Assembly (NCBI GenBank): GCA_016839815.1 | Contig: JAEOTM010000044.1 | Coordinates: forward strand, 1 to 12,616 | Direction: 5' to 3' | Source of the DNA: Candidatus Hodarchaeota archaeon | GTDB lineage: Archaea > Asgardarchaeota > Heimdallarchaeia > Hodarchaeales > Hodarchaeaceae | DNA: 12,616 nucleotides | In this document: in pieces, positions 1 to 7,800 of the stretch | How positions within the stretch are numbered: the first letter of the stretch is position 1 | Layout of the letters: each line of letters starts with the position of its first letter | Made by a program: the position numbers and the translations under genes | Notes under the pieces: model-generated | What the model was told of the DNA's origin: nothing | The model's database searches: none | The model's input: the letters and a program-made list of their open reading frames with translations, nothing else

Positions 1-327
1 GTAACCGAGAGTTTCCAGGAAGTTCCTCCTGTAAAATCATACTCTTCAGTTGAATTATGTGGAACAGACTCTTTTATGATCGTTCCTGAAGGTAAAGAGC
101 ATATTGAACTAGAAAGTATAGCTGATTCCCTACTTAATGATTATCAAATGGTTAAACAAGGAAAATTGGCAATTACATTCAAATATACTGACCAGATTGT
201 TACAACGATATTTCGTGGGGGAAATATCCTAATAAGAGGAGTGGAACATAAGGATGAAGCTGCTCATATAGGCACATTTATTAGAAAAAAGTATCTTCAA
301 AATAAAACACCTTCAAAAGCCTATTAA
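1..327 (+). CDS. 5'-truncated ThiF/MoeB/HesA-family (E1-like) adenylyltransferase, C-terminal TBP-like domain only
   Basis: Frame 1 is open from base 1 (VTESFQEVPPVKSYSSVELCGTDSFMIVP...), so the listed ATG at 76 is probably internal. The segments 'ELCGTDSFMIVP' and 'TIFRGGNILIRGVEHKDEA' resemble the LCG...P and F.DG..LI.G....EA pattern of the C-terminal extension of MoeB/ThiF proteins. The catalytic domain lies outside the window. Confidence 0.6.
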   Translation, partial: VTESFQEVPPVKSYSSVELCGTDSFMIVPEGKEHIELESIADSLLNDYQMVKQGKLAITFKYTDQIVTTIFRGGNILIRGVEHKDEAAHIGTFIRKKYLQNKTPSKAY

Positions 328-479
328 AATATTCTTTGTCAACATCTAACAATGAAATTTGCTTGTTGAGATTTTTCAATAGAAAAACCATTTCCATATA
401 GTAAGGATTAATTCAAATTTACGAATATTAATATAAAGTGCTTATGAGTTCTCTTCCAGATATAAATTCTAATGATAAT

Positions 480-494
480 GATAAAATTTAAATT
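480..494 (+). promoter_or_regulatory. Putative archaeal BRE/TATA promoter for the DENN gene
   Basis: Purine-rich GATAAAA (480-486) is followed by TTTAAAT (487-493), which begins 28 nt before the ATG at 515. This spacing fits a leaderless or short-leader transcript. Other TATA-like words occur at about 428-437 and 460-467, and the region is AT-rich. Confidence 0.35.
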
Positions 495-514
495 GGTTTG
501 GATGACGGTTAGAC

Positions 515-1678
515 ATGGCTGACGTTGTTTTTTCTGCTTTTGACGAGAGAGCGGGACCCATAGCGGTTTTTGCAACGATTAATGATCCTGTTATCTCAAA
601 AAAAATCGCTGTGAAATCCATTGTCTCCACTCTAACAAGTATTCGTTCTAATACTTCTGAAAATATGGAAGGAGAGGCAATAATACCTTTTCCTGATGAA
701 AATCTGATTTCGTTTATTTATTACACTACTTTGAATCAACGAACAGAAACTGGAGAGCTTCGAGTAATTACATTGAGTGCTGTGGTACCTAAAACAGAAA
801 ATTCGACATTATACGCTAATGCTGCACTACTTTCTCAATCCGCCTTACGAATCAAAGCACTACTTAACAAGGAGTACGTTTTTGGAAACCCTCTTCCTAA
901 AAATATAGCTACTGAATTGGAAGGATGGGGAAAACTAACAAAGGCCGCAAAATCGGAAATTATTGCTGAAAAAGAAATCGAATTTAACTTAAGCAGTCTC
1001 TTTAGCCTTTTTCCTGCAAAAAAGGGAAGACGTTCATTTACAGATCCGTTACTTCAGTTATTTTTTGGAATGATGGCAAAGATTCCAGTCATTTTAGTTG
1101 GACCCAATATTGAATTTCTTTTAGAAATATCCGATTTACTACGTGAATTTAATACAGAAGAAGAGTTGGATGTTAGAATTTCTATTAATTTGGAAAATAA
1201 AGACGATACGGCAGTATTTAACATTCCTCGGGCTGATATTATTCTTTTAGATGAAAACCAAAACCAACGTAGGCATCTTTATTATGACCCCATAGCTTTG
1301 GTGGGTGTAGGAAGAGAATCCAGATATGCAAATTATGCTGGATCAGAAAGAGTTGAAAAGACTTTTAACACTTTTTTGAAAAAAGCCCGTGAAATATCTG
1401 ACGAAGGAGTGGCATTTCTTTATCTGAAAGGAGAACTATTATCATTTACTGCGAAATTGACGAATTTGAAAGCCTATTGTCTTTCAGGAAGGCAAGGAAA
1501 AGCTAAAGAAATAGCTAAGATAATTAATGTAGGTGAAGACTATTTATTTGCTTTAGTTGAAGTATTAAGATTGAGACAGATGGTTCCCATTTCAGAACTC
1601 AACAAGATGTTTAAGAATGCAACAAATTATGAAGAAATGGAAATTCGTAGTAAAGAAATTATTGGATTCGTTCGATAA
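515..1678 (+). CDS. Tripartite DENN-domain protein (uDENN/longin + cDENN + dDENN), folliculin/SMCR8/C9orf72-like eukaryotic signature protein
   Basis: N-terminal longin signature VVFSAFDERAGP (compare C9orf72 FAYWDNILGP, SMCR8 FSEQVGP, FLCN FCELHGP). Longin strands IIPFP...ISFIYY...RVITLSAVV are followed by a helix. The cDENN entry motif is LFFGMMAKIPVILVGPN plus a helix. The helical C-terminus LYLKGELLSFTAKLTNLKAYC...KEIAKIINVGEDYLFALVEVL resembles the dDENN of FLCN/C9orf72. Confidence 0.7.
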   Translation: MADVVFSAFDERAGPIAVFATINDPVISKKIAVKSIVSTLTSIRSNTSENMEGEAIIPFPDENLISFIYYTTLNQRTETGELRVITLSAVVPKTENSTLYANAALLSQSALRIKALLNKEYVFGNPLPKNIATELEGWGKLTKAAKSEIIAEKEIEFNLSSLFSLFPAKKGRRSFTDPLLQLFFGMMAKIPVILVGPNIEFLLEISDLLREFNTEEELDVRISINLENKDDTAVFNIPRADIILLDENQNQRRHLYYDPIALVGVGRESRYANYAGSERVEKTFNTFLKKAREISDEGVAFLYLKGELLSFTAKLTNLKAYCLSGRQGKAKEIAKIINVGEDYLFALVEVLRLRQMVPISELNKMFKNATNYEEMEIRSKEIIGFVR

Positions 1679-1697
1679 TAGCGAAAGACAATAATGT

Positions 1698-2753
1698 TTG
1701 GACAGACCAGTTATGTCACAACGAGAGAGAGAAATATCTGAGAAAATCGCTGAATTAGACAAAGAAAAAAAGATCTTAGAAGGGACAAAGGCATACTATG
1801 AGCAGAATCTTTCGTATGCAAACCTTGAAGAACTAACTGGAATTTCAATTCGGGAATTTAAACGCTTCCAAAGTGACAATGAATTTCCTTATCGGGTAGG
1901 TTCCTACAATAAACAAGCTATTTTCGAAAAAATCCAAAATCGAACCAATGAAATTGAAAAAGAAATCAAAAGACTTCGTGAATCGGTTTTTGGTGCCCTT
2001 GATCAGCTTTTATTTATTCCTTCCTGGCGGAGAATGATTGACTCATCATTCAATGGGTTTTATCTGAACCAACCAGTACAGAAAATCTTTCAAGACACTA
2101 TTATATTCCTTCCAGAATTAGCAATGACTGGATTTGAAGAAACGACTGGTGAACCCTTCTTCCTAATTACTGGATTAGGAATTTACTGGGTAAAATTTGA
2201 ACTAGGTGCAGGTTCAATAGTTACAGACTATAGAGAACTAACTGGGATGGTATTACCCTTTGATGTGTATCATCGCGCTCAAGATGAAACAGAGCAGGTC
2301 CTGAAAAGCGAAAAGATGCGGATGACTGAATATATGACATCCATTCCCTTTTCTCTGATACAAGAAAAGTCTACAACGCAAATGTATCTTCGTGGTGTCA
2401 TCTCTAGAAATATTTTTCATCCTTACAAAGAAAGTTTTGATCAATTCTTAGTCTTATGTAAAGACCCTAATAGTTTTAATTCTGGTGAAGGTCATAAAAT
2501 ACTTTCTGGAGGATTGACTGCTAATCGATCATTATATGGTAATGAATTGTTAACTCAGAAGCCGCTGGGTGAATATTCAAGATTAACTGCTGGTATTAAG
2601 AATACACAACCTAAGTTAAATAAGATTTTAGAGACATTACAACTAGATACAATGAGTGGAGCATTTTTTGACAAGTTAGATAAAATGAAGAGTGAGTTTA
2701 GTGAGATTGGGAGGAAATACCTTGTCGATTGGATGCCTGGCCATATTAGTTAG
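1698..2753 (+). CDS. Hypothetical protein: N-terminal coiled-coil hairpin with an inserted HTH-like segment, plus an unknown C-terminal globular alpha/beta domain
   Basis: 351-aa ORF starting 19 nt after the DENN gene (TTG at 1698; alternative ATG at 1713). Charged heptad helices EREISEKIAELDKEKKILE and IFEKIQNRTNEIEKEIKRLRE flank YYEQNLSYANLEELTGISIREFKRFQSDNEFP, which looks like a UPF0175-type HTH. No family was recognised for the remainder. Confidence 0.8.
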   Translation: MDRPVMSQREREISEKIAELDKEKKILEGTKAYYEQNLSYANLEELTGISIREFKRFQSDNEFPYRVGSYNKQAIFEKIQNRTNEIEKEIKRLRESVFGALDQLLFIPSWRRMIDSSFNGFYLNQPVQKIFQDTIIFLPELAMTGFEETTGEPFFLITGLGIYWVKFELGAGSIVTDYRELTGMVLPFDVYHRAQDETEQVLKSEKMRMTEYMTSIPFSLIQEKSTTQMYLRGVISRNIFHPYKESFDQFLVLCKDPNSFNSGEGHKILSGGLTANRSLYGNELLTQKPLGEYSRLTAGIKNTQPKLNKILETLQLDTMSGAFFDKLDKMKSEFSEIGRKYLVDWMPGHIS

Positions 2754-2756
2754 AAT

Positions 2757-3896
2757 TCAGCCAAAAATCTCTTCTAATGCAGTCTGAATCAGACCAATTT
2801 CTATTTCGGTTACTCCTGGGTGGATAGGGATCTCAAAGTGATTTTCTGATATTTGTTCTGTAATGGGAAGATTGACCTTACTATAATCAGGATATTTCAC
2901 ATATTGACTCCAACGCCATTTTTTCAGCCCTTGAAGATAGGTTGGCTGTTTATGACATCCTAATGCATATATACGTCTTGAAGCAATACCCTTCTCCTTC
3001 AATTGATGGATAACTTCGTCAACAGAAAATTTATCAGCATCAACTACGGGAGCACAAACGTAATGACTGTGAGTATAGTTCTTGGGTGTTTTTTGGACAT
3101 CCACATAATCTAAATTTGATATTGTCTGTCTTATTGTCTCAGCATTTCTTTTTCGTTTTTCAAGCATTGAAGGCAGCTTTCTCAACTGGATTAAACCAAT
3201 AGCTGCTAAAGGATCTGGCATACGCAAGTTATAACCAATTCTATGATGCTCATATCCTCCTTTTGGTCCCCGACCATGATTTTTAAGGCTGTGAATCCTT
3301 GCAGCAAGTTCATCATCATCTGTGACAATCATTCCCCCCTCACCTGTAATCATGTTTTTCGTTGCATAAAAAGAAAAACAGCCAATATCGCCGAATGTTC
3401 CGACATGCTTGTTATTGATTTTCGCACCATGAGCTTGACAGGCATCCTCGATGATCACTAGATTGTAATCTTCAGCCAATTCATTAATTAATTTCATATT
3501 ACACGGTAAACCGAAAATATGAACAGGAAGAATTGCTTTCGTCTGAGGAGTGATTAATTTTTCAATACTTTCAGGATCTATGGTATAAGATTCTGGATCA
3601 ATCTCCGCAAAAATTGGAATTCCTCCTCCAAACGTTATAGAATTTGCAGAGGCAATGAAAGTGAAAGCTGGGGTAATTACTTCAGCTCCTGGTGGTATTT
3701 GTGTTGCCTCCATTGCAAGATGTAATGCTGCCGTTCCATTCACTACGCAGATAGCATGTTTAGCACCTACAAACTCAGCAAACTCTTTTTCTAATGCTCT
3801 CGCGTTTTTCCCTTCAACAAATTGACCATTACGTATTGTTGAAGAAACTAGTGATATTTCCTCTTCCGAAATTTGGGGTTGTGCAATATATTTCAT
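2757..3896 (-). CDS. DegT/DnrJ/EryC1/StrS-family PLP-dependent sugar aminotransferase
   Basis: Diagnostic motifs NGTAALH, TFIASAN, IIEDACQAHGA, FSFYATKNMITGEGG (PLP lysine), GYNLRM and the C-terminal IPIHP. Length of 379 aa is typical. Confidence 0.95.
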   Translation of the reverse strand: MKYIAQPQISEEEISLVSSTIRNGQFVEGKNARALEKEFAEFVGAKHAICVVNGTAALHLAMEATQIPPGAEVITPAFTFIASANSITFGGGIPIFAEIDPESYTIDPESIEKLITPQTKAILPVHIFGLPCNMKLINELAEDYNLVIIEDACQAHGAKINNKHVGTFGDIGCFSFYATKNMITGEGGMIVTDDDELAARIHSLKNHGRGPKGGYEHHRIGYNLRMPDPLAAIGLIQLRKLPSMLEKRKRNAETIRQTISNLDYVDVQKTPKNYTHSHYVCAPVVDADKFSVDEVIHQLKEKGIASRRIYALGCHKQPTYLQGLKKWRWSQYVKYPDYSKVNLPITEQISENHFEIPIHPGVTEIEIGLIQTALEEIFG

Positions 3897-3922
3897 AAAA
3901 TCAGGTCTCTTAATTTGACTCG

Positions 3923-3946
3923 TTGTTAAACAAGAATATAATAAAA
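3923..3946 (-). promoter_or_regulatory. Putative TATA box plus a short palindrome upstream of the aminotransferase
   Basis: The minus strand reads TTTTATTATATT at about 3946-3935. It is immediately followed in the direction of transcription by the inverted repeat TTGTT-A-AACAA (3923-3933). This lies in the 202-nt divergent intergenic region. Confidence 0.25.
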
Positions 3947-4098
3947 TTTAAGTTACCAGTGGGATTTCTGTTAAGATTGTATCCAATTTGGGACTGAAAC
4001 AAATACTCTTAATTCATTTTTGAACAGAGTACAAATGAAGACATAAAAAAAGAATTGTCAAATAGTGAAGAATGAAGCTCATATAGCGGGGATGATTA

Positions 4099-4812
4099 GT
4101 GACTGTGACTACAGATGTTCAACAAATAGTTAGAAGATATCAAAATGTCTGTTCACAGCTTTCTCAGTATACACGAGATGGAAAAAAACCTCAATTGGTA
4201 CTAGTGACGAAAAATCAGCCTATTAGTATTATATTGGAGCTTTTGAGACAAGCTAAACCTTCAATCTATGGAGAAAATCGAATTTCGGAAGCACTTTCAA
4301 AGATTGATCTATGTAAAGGTACTGATGTGGAGTGGCATTTTATAGGACATCTACAACGAAATAAAGTAAAACGAGCGTTAGGAAAATTCACATTAATTCA
4401 TTCCCTATCTGATTTAAAACTAGCAAGAGAAATTGAGAAACGAGCTGCAATTAACAATCAACAGGTAAATTGTTTGATTCAGATAGATATATCAGAAGAT
4501 GGAACGAAGTTTGGTTTCCCCCCTGAGCAGAACTTCTTACTCGATGTAATGACAGAGTTAGCATTAATGTCACATCTACAAATTAAAGGATTGATGACAA
4601 TTGCACCTTTTATTTCATCAGAAGAGACACGACCACATTTCAGAAGTATGCGCTTGCTATTTGACACATTAGCCAAACAATGTGACAACCTAGATAATAT
4701 TGAAATGGAAACCTTGTCCATGGGTATGAGTAATGATTATATTGTTGCACTCGAGGAGGGTTCAAACATGGTAAGAATTGGGAATGCAATTTTTGAAGAT
4801 TATATACAATAA
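4099..4812 (+). CDS. yggS: YggS/PROSC/PLPBP-family pyridoxal-phosphate homeostasis protein
   Basis: Motifs LVLVTK (PLP lysine), YGENRISEA, WHFIGHLQRNK, GLMTIAP, LSMGMSNDY and EEGSNMVRIGNAIF. The GTG start is preceded by the SD-like GGGGATGA. Confidence 0.95.
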   Translation: MTVTTDVQQIVRRYQNVCSQLSQYTRDGKKPQLVLVTKNQPISIILELLRQAKPSIYGENRISEALSKIDLCKGTDVEWHFIGHLQRNKVKRALGKFTLIHSLSDLKLAREIEKRAAINNQQVNCLIQIDISEDGTKFGFPPEQNFLLDVMTELALMSHLQIKGLMTIAPFISSEETRPHFRSMRLLFDTLAKQCDNLDNIEMETLSMGMSNDYIVALEEGSNMVRIGNAIFEDYIQ

Positions 4813-4840
4813 AGAAAAAGAAAGTTAAAGTTGATAAGTA

Positions 4841-7800
4841 ATGACCACACCAGAAATTAGTTTCACTCTGAAAAAAAGTGAGACAAAGATCCTAAACACC
4901 TTGGTATCCTTTGGTAGTCAAACCAAGCATGATTTAATACTTATCTCGGAAGTTCAAGAGGAAAAAGCAGATCAAGCATTGGCAGAATTAAATAAAAAAG
5001 GATATATTCATATAGATGCCGAAACAGAGTTAGTTTCTGCAACATTACCAGTATCTACATTAATCAAGATGCTTACTGGAAATATGGATCAAATTGAAAG
5101 CGTAAGAGAGGGTTATAAAGGAGAATATCAACATTCCAAGAATTCTGTAGAAGAAGCATTAAAGCGATTTCAGGAAACAGTAGATGAAGGGTTTAAAACA
5201 CTACAAACACAAAATCTAGAATTAGATGCCTCATTGAAAGAATCAATTGAAGGGAAAGATAAATTAAATCAAACACAGATAGAGGAAATGGTAGATCAAG
5301 TAGTTACTTCAATGAATACAAAGATAGCAGAAACTCAAAATTCTATTCAAGCAAATATTTCCGAAGGGATTGGGAATTTAGACAAGCATTGGAGTAGGGC
5401 AACTGATGAATTTCAAAATTTGCCTGATTCTGGAACTCGTTCTCTTAAAAAGTCGATTAGTAAATACGAAAAAGAACTTAATGAGATTGTAAAAATTTCT
5501 GTTGAAAAAATCAATAGCATACAAAACCAATTCAACGAGTTACTGGAAGTAATTGAATCAGAATCCGTTTCTAGAATCCAAGAATTCTATTCAACTACTG
5601 ATACTGTTGCTAATGATCTTAAATCAAATTTAAGTACTGGTTTGCAGGAATCACGAAAACACGAGAAAGAATTTGTGAATGATGTAAGTCAACACATTAG
5701 ATCCTCTCTTGAAAAGGATATACTCAATGCATTAAAGGTGGTTATTGCAGATTTATCGAAAGAAATTGATAAAGATATCAATGAAGCCTTAAAACTTGTT
5801 GTTGACCAAACAGATAAAGCAATAAATGAAAGTTCAGAACAGATGAAGACTGAGTTTACTGAATTTACTGAGAATGCGAAAGAGTTAATTAAAGAGCAAA
5901 AAGTTTCTTTAGATGTCCTTGAAACTGAAGTTTCGGAACTTTCCACAGAACAAAAGCTTGAATCAGTAAGAGAGTTATTTTTAAGTCAATTACAAGCAGC
6001 ACAAACTACCGAGCTAAACCAGCTCGAATCAAGTTTTCGTAATACACAGAAATCTGTTCTTGACCTTGTTGAGTCATTAAGATCTTCTGCAAAGGCAAAA
6101 TTAACCCAACAAGGATCAGAGTTTGAAGGGTTAATCAAGAAATATTCCGATTTAATCGATCAGTCAGTTAACCGGAAAAAAACAGATATTACCAAGTTAC
6201 AACATCTTTCTCAGTCTATTGAGCAATTATTAAGAAATTTACTTGTTTCGATTCCAATGCGTACAAATCAGTTCAGAATATCTCTAAAAGAATCCTTAGA
6301 AGGTACGAATAAGGGTTTACAAGAAGAATTCGCTGAATCAACGGGGAGCTCAATCTCAAAGATATTCAAGACTCTAAATGATACCCAACAGAGGATTGAA
6401 TCGTTAACAAATGAAACGTTAGACGAGAGCAGAAACGAAATTCAAAAGGTAATTGCCTCTTCAGATCAGTTTCAAGAGAATACAGCTACTCTTCAAGAAG
6501 ATTATCTAAGTAAGGTACAGAATCGGTTTGATCAACGAGCTAAAGTTATGAATACAGAGTTAGATGCGATAACTCGTAATTTCCAACAGTTACTTGAGGG
6601 GATTGAATCTGGAGTCGGAGGTATTCATTCTCGGTTGACCTCTGAAGGTGTAACGAATATCTCTGCTGTTGAAACATCTCTTCAGAGTAAATTGACTCAG
6701 CTACGAAGTGAAATTAGCACTGTATTTACCCAGAGCCAAGTAGAAGCACAAGAGTTCGTTAACTCTTTAAACGAAAATCTTCAGACCCATTTAGATCGTA
6801 CTTTGAATGTAATCAAGGAGGGATTCAGTCAGGTTAAATCTGAATATAATTTAGAACTAACAAATCAGTTAGAGCAGCTCTCTACTAAAAACAAGAATCA
6901 ACAAGATGCTTTAATAGAAACTATTGAGGCATTTTCAGAGAAAGCATCATTTAGCGACTTCAAGACAAATTTGGAGAAAACTCTGGAGGAAAACCAATCC
7001 AACTTGAATGAGTTTATTGTGGAAAATCGAAGCAATTTAGATGAAGTATTTTCGTTACAAAAGGAAAATATTACCAAATATCAAGAAAAAGGACCGACGG
7101 ATATACTAGGCTTTATCAATCAGATCCAATCAGATGCAGCTAGTCAAAATAAGAATTTAAAAGAAGCAATGGAACAGCTTCTTTCCTACCACGGTAGCTT
7201 TTCAGATTCAACTAATGCTGAGGTATCAACATTACTTCGTCAGGTTCACGAAAGCGGGGATAAACTTAAATCGATTTTAAATGAATCATTACAAGCAATG
7301 TTAACCAATTTGAATCGTACAAGCGAAAATATTGATCTCTATTATTCGGATACACTAACAGAACTGGAAAATCAACTCGGAGTAGCCTCAGGATTTGTTT
7401 CTTCAGAAATTGAAGCGTCATTCCAATCAATTCGAACAGAAATTGACACATTAAAGGATGAATTGGAAAGCACTGTAGAGCAGCTTAATGCAGATTTAAA
7501 AGGAGTAGTATCCAAATCCGATCAAGAATTCAAGAGTAATATTCCTGAAATTACTGAACAATTTTCTAGTGCATTTGATGAGTTGGTTGAAGAAAAGAAT
7601 ACGTCTAATGCTGAACTACAAGATACTATATCCGACAATATGACTGATTTTATGTCATCTTATAGCTCTCAAGTATCCAGTATTAGATCCAAGCTACAGG
7701 ATTTGTTAACTCAGTTTAACAAAGCGATTGAATCCAATATTGAAAATCTTGATGTTATTGTTGAAACAAACATTAAACAAGCTTTGAAGAGAATCGAATC

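Noticed and set aside
328-514. Structured ncRNA or terminator hairpin in the intergenic spacer (TCAACA...TGTTGA)
   Set aside because: Only 4-6 bp AT-rich arms are present, with no convincing stem and no tRNA or riboswitch features.
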